Source of the DNA: an uncultured Gemmatimonadota bacterium
GTDB taxonomy: Bacteria; JAAXHH01
Length of the DNA stretch: 64,000 bases
Direction of reading: 5' to 3'
Assembly: GCA_951812955.1 (NCBI GenBank)
Contig: OX638340.1
Location: 1,344,001 to 1,408,000, forward strand
The translations under genes and the position numbers were made by a program. Position 1 is the stretch's first letter. Each line of letters begins with the position of its first letter. Shown here piece after piece: positions 1 through 8,390 of the stretch. Below the pieces are notes generated by a model. The model saw only the letters and a list, made by a program, of their open reading frames with translations. It searched no databases and was not told the origin of the DNA.

Positions 1-205
1 CGACGCCGATGATCAGGATCCGATACGGATTGAACCGGTCGGTGAAGGGTACGAGCAGCAGGGACGAAACGGCATAACCAGCTAGGTACGAAGAGAAGAT
101 CATTCCCGCCTGGGTATTGTTCAGTTCCCACTGCGCTCGAATAAAAGGAAGAGACGCGACGTAACTCGAGGAGGACAGCAGGATGAGAAACAGCACCCCG
201 CTCAA
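1..205 (-). CDS. MFS-type transporter, N-terminal part (gene runs off the window start)
   Basis: Minus-strand translation gives hydrophobic TM segments and an MFS-like TM2-TM3 loop (...LVPFTDRFNPYRILIIGV). In-frame stop at 347-349 upstream and no ATG, so a TTG(205) or GTG(196) start is inferred. Absent from the ORF track because it is truncated by the window edge. Confidence 0.4.
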   Translation of the reverse strand, partial: MSGVLFLILLSSSSYVASLPFIRAQWELNNTQAGMIFSSYLAGYAVSSLLLVPFTDRFNPYRILIIGV

Positions 206-431
206 CCCGGCGAGCCAGGCTATGCCCGGCCAGGAGGATGTGCCGGATTGATTTCGGTGGGTGGCTTGATCAGTTATCTCGGATGACCTCGTTGAGTCAA
301 ATGAAACGTAGTTTGAAACGCGGTTGAATGAACGGTATTGAATGAACTATGCACTTGCAAATCTTGTTCGTCTAACTATCATCCCAATAGGAATTCGCTC
401 AAGCAACCCTTAATACTGGGAGTAGTGCAAG

Positions 432-1244
432 TTGACCAAACTATTATGCTGGAACATTAATCGCGGGTCTGAAGAAAGTGATAGCTGGCGGGAAATAGCG
501 AACTCGGATGCGGACATTGCACTGTTACAGGAGGCCAGAAGACCTCCTGAAGATCTATCGAATCGTTTGCAGGTGGATCCTGAAGCATTCACTCATGGTA
601 CTTCTAGATGTGCAATCGTAAGCCTCTCCAGCAAGGTGAGCGTTCGTTTTTTAAAACCCATGCTTCTGAATGATATCGATCAAGAAGGCGACTTTACAAC
701 CACACATCAAGGGTGCATTTCAGCCGCTATCGTCAGTCCGAATAAGGGAGAGTCGTTTACTGCAGTTTCAATTTGTGCCGAATACGAGCAGCCTCGATGT
801 TCATCATGGAATGTAACTGACGCCTCGGTCCACCGCGTCATCTCCGACCTGTCCCTGTTCATTGGCAAACAGCGGGGACACCGTATCATCGCAGCGGGTG
901 ATCTCACCATCAATCGAGGCTATGGTGAAGATAAAAGCGGCTACTGGAAAGGAAGGTATGACTCGGTATTCAATCGTATGGACGCCATCGGCATGTGTTT
1001 CGTCGGTCCGCAAAACCCCCATGGCTGTTCGGCCGATCCTCGACCGCAGAACATGCCCCAAGACAGCAAAAACGTGCCTACCTACTGCAAGTCGTTTAGA
1101 AAAAACCCAGCGGCAGCATACGATCAACTGGACTACGTCTTCGTGTCGGAAAGCATGGCCGATTCCGTCAAGGTGTGCGCCTTGAACCACCCTGAAGAAT
1201 GGGGGCCAAGCGATCACTGCAGGATTAAAATTATGGTAGAGTAG
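432..1244 (+). CDS. endonuclease/exonuclease/phosphatase (EEP) family protein
   Basis: N-terminal LCWNINRG motif typical of the EEP fold and a C-terminal SDHCRI-type motif. TTG start with GGGAG about 9 nt upstream. GC visibly lower than the cas gene region. Confidence 0.6.
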   Translation: MTKLLCWNINRGSEESDSWREIANSDADIALLQEARRPPEDLSNRLQVDPEAFTHGTSRCAIVSLSSKVSVRFLKPMLLNDIDQEGDFTTTHQGCISAAIVSPNKGESFTAVSICAEYEQPRCSSWNVTDASVHRVISDLSLFIGKQRGHRIIAAGDLTINRGYGEDKSGYWKGRYDSVFNRMDAIGMCFVGPQNPHGCSADPRPQNMPQDSKNVPTYCKSFRKNPAAAYDQLDYVFVSESMADSVKVCALNHPEEWGPSDHCRIKIMVE

Positions 1245-1253
1245 AGGAAAAAC

Positions 1254-1820
1254 ATGGCTACACAAAGGAACTCGGACACAACCTACCTGGCCCTCCTGCG
1301 CGGAGTAAATGTGGGCGGAAAGAACGTGATCAAGATGGCGGATCTCAGGAACTGCTTCGAGGCCGAAGGCTTCCGCGACGTCGTCACCTATATCCAAAGC
1401 GGGAATGTGATCTTTCGTTCGCCTTCAACAGGGCTCAGCGTCCTGACAAACCGGATCGAGGAGATGCTGGCCGCGGCGTTTGACTATGAAGCGAGTGTCG
1501 TGTTACGCTCACGAAAGCAGATGCGGGCAGTGGTTTCCGAGGCGCCGGCGGAATTTGGAGAACGGCCGGAGACGTACCGCTACGACACCCTCTTCCTGAA
1601 GGCTCCCCTAACGGCAACTGCCGCCATGGAGTGCATCCCCGCCAGGCCCGGTGTGGATGAATCCTGGGCAGGAAATGGTGTGCTCTACTACTCGAGACGC
1701 ATCGACCAGGCCTCGCGTAGTTATCTCAGCCGTCTCGCGTCGATGCCCGTCTACCAGCGCATGACGGTCCGCAACTGGAACACGACGACCAGGTTGTTAG
1801 AGCTCATGGAAAGAGACTGA
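1254..1820 (+). CDS. DUF1697 family protein
   Basis: N-terminus YLALLRGVNVGGKNVIKMADLR is the hallmark of DUF1697. GAGGAAAAAC precedes the ATG. Lies 10 bp after the EEP gene, so probably co-transcribed. Confidence 0.65.
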   Translation: MATQRNSDTTYLALLRGVNVGGKNVIKMADLRNCFEAEGFRDVVTYIQSGNVIFRSPSTGLSVLTNRIEEMLAAAFDYEASVVLRSRKQMRAVVSEAPAEFGERPETYRYDTLFLKAPLTATAAMECIPARPGVDESWAGNGVLYYSRRIDQASRSYLSRLASMPVYQRMTVRNWNTTTRLLELMERD

Positions 1821-1924
1821 ATCGTGGCCAACCTGTCCGGTACCCGTGTCCGTTCCTTGCGGTCTACCAATCGCAGGTTTGAACAGTGATGTCCGGGTTG
1901 ATCGTCGCGTTAGAGGGCAAGGCG

Positions 1925-2395
1925 TCACTCGGCGATGCACCGTCCATCCTTAAACGCCAAAACCGGTGGTGCGGGAATTGAGCAGTCGGAAACGTACCCA
2001 TACAGCTCATTCATCTCAGCTTCAAAGGCGTCATACGCTGTCAGCCGAATAGCTAGTGCCGTCGAATCGGTGGACGAGACGGAGTAAACGATGTACGCCC
2101 AGGGACCGCCGCAGGGCTTGGAGCCCAGGCCCGCGTAGCGACAGTCTGCAATCGACACGCCCTCAGCTTCGCCGACGAGCGTGTCGATTTCCCGTCGCAT
2201 CTCCATTAGCTGCGCACGGTCGCCTTCCTCGGACCGTTGGTCGCCTTCCTCGGTTCGCTGTTCGCCTTCCTCGGTCTGCTGTTCGCCTTCCTCGGTCTGC
2301 TGTTCGCCATTATTGTCATCGCCAACGACAGGATCCCGGCCGTCACAACCAAGGAGTAAAACGGAGATCCATACCGCCATAACCAGGTATCGCAT
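1925..2395 (-). CDS. lipoprotein with acidic tandem repeats (hypothetical)
   Basis: Signal peptide plus lipobox (LLLGCDG) followed by EEGEQQTEEGEQQTEEGEQRTEEGDQRSEEGD. The repeats are encoded by about four 24-bp DNA tandem repeats at roughly 2221-2316. Confidence 0.5.
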   Translation of the reverse strand: MRYLVMAVWISVLLLGCDGRDPVVGDDNNGEQQTEEGEQQTEEGEQRTEEGDQRSEEGDRAQLMEMRREIDTLVGEAEGVSIADCRYAGLGSKPCGGPWAYIVYSVSSTDSTALAIRLTAYDAFEAEMNELYGYVSDCSIPAPPVLAFKDGRCIAE

Positions 2396-2608
2396 GGTCT
2401 TTCCTTTCTGTCAGAAAAGAGTCATAGTCCCCGCTATGGAGGACGCCTGGCCTCGCTAACGGTTCCACGAGCTTGACCTCTAATTGTTCGACCTTATTCT
2501 TGCCCAACGCCCTCAGTTCTTCTTCGACGGAGAGCAAATGTAGGTTGGCGAACACTTGTTGAACATCCCTACATTTCATCTCCGTTAAAAGTCCTTCGCC
2601 CCAAACCC

Positions 2609-2637
2609 TTGACACCACCATCCGATACTCCTTACTT
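2609..2637 (+). promoter_or_regulatory. putative sigma70-type promoter of the mntA-hepT operon
   Basis: TTGACA (2609-2614), a 17-nt spacer, then TTACTT (2632-2637). The same arrangement is conserved in the second repeat copy. Confidence 0.35.
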
Positions 2638-2686
2638 CCCGTTGTAAGCCCGGTTTTTGGTCGTGCCCCCAGGGATACTGGTAGCT

Positions 2687-2971
2687 ATGCACTCGATCAT
2701 CAAACAACACCGCACCGAGATCCTCGCCCTCGCCGAACTCCACGGCGTCGCCAATGTGCGCGTGTTCGGATCCATGGCAAGGGAAGATGCTGATGACTCG
2801 AGCGACGTCGATCTACTGGTGTCGCTGCCTTCTGGTAAAACAGGCCTCGCACTTGGCGCCCTGTTGATGGACGTGCAAGACCTTCTGCAACGGCGTGTGG
2901 AAGTCGTGACCGTGAAGAGTCTTCATCCTGCTCTCCGGGATAACGTGCTGAACGAGGCGCAGTCGCTATGA
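2687..2971 (+). CDS. mntA: nucleotidyltransferase-family antitoxin (MntA-like)
   Basis: GSxAR(G/E)DA...SDVDLLV minimal nucleotidyltransferase motif. 4-bp ATGA overlap with the downstream HepT gene. The ORF track starts at 2657 but an internal Met at 2687 matches the second copy's start. Confidence 0.75.
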   Translation: MHSIIKQHRTEILALAELHGVANVRVFGSMAREDADDSSDVDLLVSLPSGKTGLALGALLMDVQDLLQRRVEVVTVKSLHPALRDNVLNEAQSL

Positions 2972-3312
2972 AATCCGACGCGCGGTCCGATAGAGTGTTG
3001 CTGGAACACATCCGAGAGTGTATTGACCGTATTAGTGAATACACCGGCTGTAAGCGCTCATCGTTCTACGCCTCGCGTCTGGTTCAGGACGCAGTGGTAC
3101 GTAATCTGCAATTGCTTGCGGAGTCAACGCAACGCCTGAGTAACGCTGTTAAAGAAACCGAGACGGATATACCCTGGCGTGCCATTGCAGGATTTCGAAA
3201 CGTGCTCGTACACGGTTATCTTGAGATTGACCTCGATGCAGTTTGGAGCGTGGTTGAACAGGACCTCCCGAAGTTATCCAGGGCAATCGATCGCATGGTC
3301 CGATCCGTATGA
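2968..3312 (+). CDS. hepT: HepT-like (DUF86/HEPN) toxin
   Basis: Conserved WRAIAGFRNVLVHGYLEIDLDAVW (Rx4-6H HEPN motif). Classic MntA/HepT gene order and overlap. Confidence 0.75.
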   Translation: MKSDARSDRVLLEHIRECIDRISEYTGCKRSSFYASRLVQDAVVRNLQLLAESTQRLSNAVKETETDIPWRAIAGFRNVLVHGYLEIDLDAVWSVVEQDLPKLSRAIDRMVRSV

Positions 3313-3340
3313 TCTCTGGGATATCCCGCGCGAGTCCACC

Positions 3341-4474
3341 TCATCCCTGCCTGTCCAGCCTGCCCGTCCCCATTATCCGTTCCATGTTCCCACCCAGTAT
3401 CGCCGCCATCTCGTCCTCGTCGAGGAACGGGCAGTAGCGCCTCACATAGTCGAGGCTCTGGCGGTAGGTCCAGTGCAGCAGCACGATAGGGATGTCCGTC
3501 CCCCACAGAATACGGTCGGCGCCGAAGCATTCGACCATCTTTTCAAGGACCGGCCGCACCTGGGGCATGGGATAGTCCCAGTGCGACTGCAGGAACACGG
3601 CAAAGAGGATCTGGATGTGGAAACGGGGGTGCTCGGACGGCACGGCTTCGTATACTTCATCGGGAATGTCAAACCGGTCGCGGCCGGCGAACAACCGCCA
3701 GGGGAAGCCGTGGGTCATGATCACCTCGACCTTGGGGTAATGGTCCATCCAGGCCCGCAACGAACGTAACTCTTCTATGTAGGCGGAAGGCGATCCGACC
3801 GCGCCGAGAGTGAAGAACACCGGTATGTCCAGCTCGGCCACCGCTGCCCAGAACGGGTCGAAATCCGGCCCGGTCCATTCGGGCGACAGGCCGTAGAGCG
3901 GCCGATGGAAAGGAGCGAACTGAAGGCCAGAAAGACCGTGAACGCGGATCGCCCGTTCGAGTTTCGCAATGGCGTCGTCGGTCCTCTCCGGCATCCACCA
4001 TTCGGGGACCTGGGCCAGTCCCTGGATCCGCTCCGGATAACGCCTGCAGCATGCCGCGATGTAGCCGTCATCGAGTCCCATGTACGGCGTGCGATGCAGA
4101 AGCGCCCGGTCGATGCCCGCGTAGTCCATTTCCGCCACCAGATTCTCCGCGGAGAAGGAGAAATCCTCCGTCCATGGCGGCAGGGCCTGCTTGACAAATT
4201 CCTCGCCATCTACCGTCCACTCGGCCAGGCCGTGTTTGCCGGTGCGGAAGTTCGCGTCACGCAGGCCATCGAAGCGCCACGGAAGGTCGGGGTCGTAGAG
4301 ACCCGTGGCGTCGGCCGGAGCGCGGTCCTTACGCCGCCAGACGGGTTGCTGGCGTGCCTGGGCCATAAACATCTGCAGATGACGCCGGAATTCGGCATGG
4401 TCGTCGAAGCCGCCGATATCGCGCGGGGCGGGAAAGCAATAGGCGTGTCCGTCGTAGATCATGATATCGTCCAT
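3341..4474 (-). CDS. amidohydrolase-2 family metal-dependent hydrolase (TIM barrel)
   Basis: 377 aa with an ILWGTDIP motif near the C-terminus, typical of PF04909 amidohydrolases. Divergently oriented to fic. Confidence 0.6.
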   Translation of the reverse strand: MDDIMIYDGHAYCFPAPRDIGGFDDHAEFRRHLQMFMAQARQQPVWRRKDRAPADATGLYDPDLPWRFDGLRDANFRTGKHGLAEWTVDGEEFVKQALPPWTEDFSFSAENLVAEMDYAGIDRALLHRTPYMGLDDGYIAACCRRYPERIQGLAQVPEWWMPERTDDAIAKLERAIRVHGLSGLQFAPFHRPLYGLSPEWTGPDFDPFWAAVAELDIPVFFTLGAVGSPSAYIEELRSLRAWMDHYPKVEVIMTHGFPWRLFAGRDRFDIPDEVYEAVPSEHPRFHIQILFAVFLQSHWDYPMPQVRPVLEKMVECFGADRILWGTDIPIVLLHWTYRQSLDYVRRYCPFLDEDEMAAILGGNMERIMGTGRLDRQG

Positions 4475-4569
4475 CTAAACGCGTTGACAGGATCATGCTT
4501 GCAGAGGTATTTTTCAGCAATTAACCATACCCGTCTTCACGCGATCTTCTTCGATCCTTAAGAATCGCA

Positions 4570-6087
4570 TTGACCGTCGGAGTGGTCTCAGTGAAAAGTA
4601 CCGAAATCCGTCCAATCTGGAATCCCCGTACCGGCATTGAAGGTCTTGACGGAGATCCCAATGAACTGAGTTCTTCCGAGATCCCCGGAATAAAAGCGAG
4701 CTGGACCGAGCAGCAGGAGCGGTTGAAGGACAAGGCCCAACTTTCTGACTTCACCGAGAAGTTGAGCCGGGAATGGGCAATAGAAACCGGTATTCTTGAG
4801 AATCTATACGAAATCGACCGTGGCGTCACGCAGACTCTCATCGAGCGGGGTTTTCAATCCGAAATTCTCAGCTACGGAACGACAAATAAGCCCCGAGAAT
4901 ACGTGATCCAACTCTTGCGAGATCAGAAGGAAGCCCTGGACGGCGTATTCGCGTTCGTCAAGAACGACCGGTCCCTCACTACGTCTTACATAAAAGAACT
5001 ACACGCGGCATTACTGCGCAACCAGCACACGACCGAGGCGCTCGACAGTCTGGGTAGAACAGTTGAAGTCCCGCTCCTCAAGGGAGACTGGAAAACCCAG
5101 CCCAACTACCCCGTCCGGGATGGCGTGACGTACAGCTACTGCCCGCCGGAACAGGTTAGTTCTGAGATGGACCGGTTGCTCGAGATGCATGAGGCGCAGG
5201 TCGAAAGCGGCGTGTCTGCCGAGGTACAGGCCGCTTGGCTGCATCATCGTTTCACCCAGATCCATCCCTTTCAAGATGGAAACGGACGCGTGGTCCGTGC
5301 GATCGCTTCACTGGTGCTCGTAAAGGAAGGACTTTTCCCGCTTGTGATAAGGAGGGACGACAGGGGCAGATACCTGGAAGCCCTCGAAGCCGCCGACCTC
5401 GGCGACCTGAACCCGCTTGTCATGCTGTTCACTGGACTGCAAAGAGATCAGTTCCTGAAGGCGACCAAGATATCTGAAGAACTACGTTTGGAAGAGGACG
5501 TGCAGGTAGTCTTGGACGGGCTGGACAGGGAAGCCCGCAGAATCGCAACGGAGAGGCTCAAGGCACACAGGGAGGTATTCGGTTTGGCCAGCGCTATCGA
5601 AAATGATCTAGAAGAACGTTTGAATACGATAGCAAAAGAAGTTTCGGGAGCACTAAATCAGGTAGCGTCCGGCGCAACTACATTCGTGCGAAGATCCGAC
5701 GAGAAAACGGATTATTTCTACAGGGCGCAGATCGTCAAGATTGCAAATGAACACATTGATTATTACGCCAATACGTCCGAATACCGATCATGGGTTTCAT
5801 TAAACATGCGATGGTCGCGTCGAGGGCAGTTGGTATTCGCGCTACACGGAATCGGCAAACCATTCAACGGTGGCCTTATCTGCGCGCCATTTCTGGAATT
5901 CAGAGATTACGACGATACCGACGAGGAGCACGGCGAGCGTCAATCAAATTCAACCCTCATTCCGGTCGCCGAGGAAGGTTTCGTTTTCTTCTACAACGAG
6001 GACAAGGATCGACTTCTCGGAAGGTTCAGGCCCTGGCGGGAAAACGTCCTCAAGATTGTCATAAAAGAACTCGCGCAAAACCTCTGA
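4570..6087 (+). CDS. fic: Fic family protein (AMPylase fold) with long C-terminal extension
   Basis: Canonical Fic motif HPFQDGNGRVVRAIASLVL in the middle of a 505-aa protein. TTG start at 4570; GTG 4591 with GGAG upstream is an alternative. About 50% GC, lower than the flanks. Confidence 0.8.
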   Translation: MTVGVVSVKSTEIRPIWNPRTGIEGLDGDPNELSSSEIPGIKASWTEQQERLKDKAQLSDFTEKLSREWAIETGILENLYEIDRGVTQTLIERGFQSEILSYGTTNKPREYVIQLLRDQKEALDGVFAFVKNDRSLTTSYIKELHAALLRNQHTTEALDSLGRTVEVPLLKGDWKTQPNYPVRDGVTYSYCPPEQVSSEMDRLLEMHEAQVESGVSAEVQAAWLHHRFTQIHPFQDGNGRVVRAIASLVLVKEGLFPLVIRRDDRGRYLEALEAADLGDLNPLVMLFTGLQRDQFLKATKISEELRLEEDVQVVLDGLDREARRIATERLKAHREVFGLASAIENDLEERLNTIAKEVSGALNQVASGATTFVRRSDEKTDYFYRAQIVKIANEHIDYYANTSEYRSWVSLNMRWSRRGQLVFALHGIGKPFNGGLICAPFLEFRDYDDTDEEHGERQSNSTLIPVAEEGFVFFYNEDKDRLLGRFRPWRENVLKIVIKELAQNL

Positions 6088-6140
6088 ATCAACGATTGCC
6101 GGACCACCCAGATGTGCGATGAGGTTACGAATCCACTCCG

Positions 6141-6947
6141 ATGCATTCTCTCAGCACATGTACAGTTGACCATCCCACGGACGCCGAACGTTTTCTTTTC
6201 GATACCAACGGCTACCTGGTGTTGGAGGATTTCCTCCAGGAATCCCTTGTCGATTCGCTCAATTCCGCGCTGGAGCGGACGATAGCGCGCCGGCGCGACC
6301 CCGAATTCAAACGGACGCACGAACCGGCCTTCGCCGACAGGCTCGGTAAAGCCAATGCGCGGGTCATGCACCTGCTGGCCGAAGATCCGCTCTTTCTGGA
6401 CATGCTCGACTACGAACCGATGATGGCCTACGTGCACGGTCTGTTCAACGAGATGCCCCATCTGCATTCGACTGATGCCTTCTATGAAATCGAGCAGGAG
6501 GAATACCACGGGCAGGGCTGGCATACGGACGGAATCCAGGCCGGATTCCGCAACTTCCGGCCGCACATACCGTTGTTACAGTTCAAGGTGGGGTATTACC
6601 TGAGCGACATGTCCGAACCCAACCAGGGCAACCTGAACCTCGTTCCCGGTAGCCATAAGTCCGTGGTCGAGCCAGACACGGAGGACGGCATGCCCGGCGC
6701 CGTTCAGATCTGCGGGCGTCCCGGCACGGCCGTGCTATTCCACAACGGGGTATGGCATTCGGCCGGACCGTTCACACGTCGCGGCGGCAAACGGGTAATC
6801 CTGTACTATGGGTACGAACACCCGTGGATGCTGGCTTGTGCGGAACAGTGGCGGTACGACAGGGACTTCCTGAACAACCTCACCCCGGCGCAGCGACGCT
6901 TTTTCCACGGTTTCGTCTTCGACCCGCCCGAGTATCGCTGGGGATGA
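6141..6947 (+). CDS. phytanoyl-CoA dioxygenase (PhyH) family 2OG-Fe(II) oxygenase
   Basis: FDTNGYLVLEDFL N-terminus, GWHTDG and FHNGVWHSAGP motifs characteristic of the PhyH family. 53 bp downstream of fic on the same strand. Confidence 0.7.
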   Translation: MHSLSTCTVDHPTDAERFLFDTNGYLVLEDFLQESLVDSLNSALERTIARRRDPEFKRTHEPAFADRLGKANARVMHLLAEDPLFLDMLDYEPMMAYVHGLFNEMPHLHSTDAFYEIEQEEYHGQGWHTDGIQAGFRNFRPHIPLLQFKVGYYLSDMSEPNQGNLNLVPGSHKSVVEPDTEDGMPGAVQICGRPGTAVLFHNGVWHSAGPFTRRGGKRVILYYGYEHPWMLACAEQWRYDRDFLNNLTPAQRRFFHGFVFDPPEYRWG

Positions 6948-7088
6948 CCGGATGGGTCGGACGGACGGGATGACCGGACGATTCGAAACGAATTGCTATA
7001 AAAGTCCTGCTGGTGCCTACAGACGAAAGCCGAGTCCCGGGCAACCTGACTATCCGATTTCGTTGGCGTCCAGCGGGGATGAGCGTAA

Positions 7089-7568
7089 TCAGGCAGCCTT
7101 GCGATTCGGCAGTTTGCGCCTCATCATCACGCCTGGAAGCCGCTTCAGTCTTTCGTTGCGAGGATCGATCTCGAATCCGCCGGACTCCAGGGCCGTAACG
7201 CCAAGCAGCGGTTCCGTCCCTTCCGGGCCATACGCAATGGTCCCGCCAACGACCACGCCCTCGAATTCGATCTCGGCGACTGTTGCTTCCAGCGTGAGCT
7301 GTTTCCCGTCCGCGAGTACGTAGTCGCGACTCCCCCTCGGTTTGAGTCCAATCGCTTCGAGACGCTGCCTCGGTACGAGCGAGTCGAACGCGGCGGTATC
7401 GACAACGAACTTGCCGGTCCAGCTACGCCGTGGATCGGCGGGATTTCGGATCGTCACGTCGACATAAGTAGTCCCCATACTGAAATCCCTCCGGTGGGTA
7501 TCTCTTTCGATTGCACAAGTCAGATCTGATAATCCGTTGATCACCTTGTTAATATAGTCGTAATTCAT
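7089..7568 (-). CDS. retropepsin-like (clan AA) aspartic protease domain protein
   Basis: 159 aa with FVVDTAAFDSLVP resembling the hydrophobic-hydrophobic-D-T/S-G-A motif of bacterial retropepsin-like proteins. The Gly is replaced by Ala (DTA). Confidence 0.45.
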   Translation of the reverse strand: MNYDYINKVINGLSDLTCAIERDTHRRDFSMGTTYVDVTIRNPADPRRSWTGKFVVDTAAFDSLVPRQRLEAIGLKPRGSRDYVLADGKQLTLEATVAEIEFEGVVVGGTIAYGPEGTEPLLGVTALESGGFEIDPRNERLKRLPGVMMRRKLPNRKAA

Positions 7569-7812
7569 TTGGTATTCTATTCGGTAATTTCGCTGAAGCG
7601 CACAGCGATCGGTTCGCCGATGGATTACATTATGTCGGAGGATTGTTCACCCGATTCGTCTGGAACGCTTTGGGTGGGCCGCGAAACCGCTTCACCCGGA
7701 ATGCTTCGAATGGGTCTCGGCTCCGCCGGACTGCACGGATGACGGAGTTTTGCAGAACATTTGGTCCTTCATTCCGTCGCCGTTACCGTACCCATCCCAA
7801 ATCCTTGACACC

Positions 7813-7841
7813 GCCATCCCATTCTCCTTACTTCCCGTTGT
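7813..7841 (+). promoter_or_regulatory. putative sigma70-type promoter (copy 2)
   Basis: TTGACA (7813-7818), a 17-nt spacer, then TTACTT (7836-7841). Same arrangement as copy 1. Confidence 0.3.
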
Positions 7842-7961
7842 AAGTCCTGCCGCTGTGGTCCGGTCGGATCTGTGGCGTTGGAAGGTGGGACCAATTACGT
7901 AAGTCTTTCCTTTTGTTGAACGCACGGCATCGATCAGGTCGTACCGAAGGATAAGGTAGCT

Positions 7962-8246
7962 ATGCACGCTATAATCGAACAGAACCGCGCGGAAATCCTC
8001 GCCCTTGCCGAACGCCATGGCGTCGCCGACGTGCGCGTATTCGGGTCCATGGCGAGGGGCGACGCCGACGACGCCGGCGATGTCGACCTACTGGTGTCAC
8101 TGTCGCCTGGCAAAACAGGTCTTGCACTCGGAGCGCTGTTGATGGACGTGCAGGACCTCCTGCAACGACGTGTTGAAGTCTTAACGGAGAAAAGCCTTCA
8201 TCCTGCCCTCCGTGAAAACGTGTTGCGCGAGGCGCAGCCGTTATGA
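7962..8246 (+). CDS. mntA: nucleotidyltransferase-family antitoxin (MntA-like), second copy
   Basis: 94 aa, highly similar to 2687-2971 (GSMARGDADDAGDVDLLVSL). AGGATAAGG precedes the ATG. Confidence 0.75.
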   Translation: MHAIIEQNRAEILALAERHGVADVRVFGSMARGDADDAGDVDLLVSLSPGKTGLALGALLMDVQDLLQRRVEVLTEKSLHPALRENVLREAQPL

Positions 8247-8334
8247 AGTCAGACGCCTGGTCCGTAGAGTATCGCCCGAACACAACATTCCCGAATTAGC
8301 CAGGGCGATCGAGCGTATAGTTCATTCCACCTGA
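8243..8334 (+). pseudogene. hepT: hepT remnant (internal deletion)
   Basis: Starts ATGAAGTCAGACGCC like copy 1's hepT, then jumps to sequence matching copy 1's 3' end (CCAGGGCGATCGAGCG...TGA). Only about 30 codons remain. Confidence 0.65.
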
Positions 8335-8390
8335 TCCTTGAGAAGACCTCGCGGCCACGTGTCCTGCTGGCCGAGTGAAGGGTAATCATC

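Larger units (their letters stand above)
2597..3312. repeat. direct repeat copy 1 (promoter + mntA + hepT module)
   Basis: About 85% nucleotide identity by eye to 7797-8334, including the shared upstream block AAAyCCTTGACACC...CTCCTTACTTCCCGTTGTAAG. Confidence 0.7.
7797..8334. repeat. direct repeat copy 2 (promoter + mntA + deleted hepT)
   Basis: Homologous to 2597-3312. Carries about 120 bp extra between the promoter and mntA, and an internal deletion of about 270 bp in hepT. Confidence 0.7.

Noticed and set aside
2343-2621. 92-aa minus-strand ORF upstream of mntA copy 1 (and its counterpart 7692-8018 upstream of copy 2)
   Set aside because: Overlaps the conserved mntA promoter block and the lipoprotein gene. 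The similarity between the copies is explained by the DNA direct repeat, and the two reading frames diverge quickly. No motif.
7570-7960. 390-bp intergenic region and small ORF 7643-7843 checked for tRNA or small gene
   Set aside because: No cloverleaf-compatible stems, no conserved T-loop (GTTCGAATC-like) motif, and the ORF is Arg-rich junk. Partly belongs to the direct repeat.
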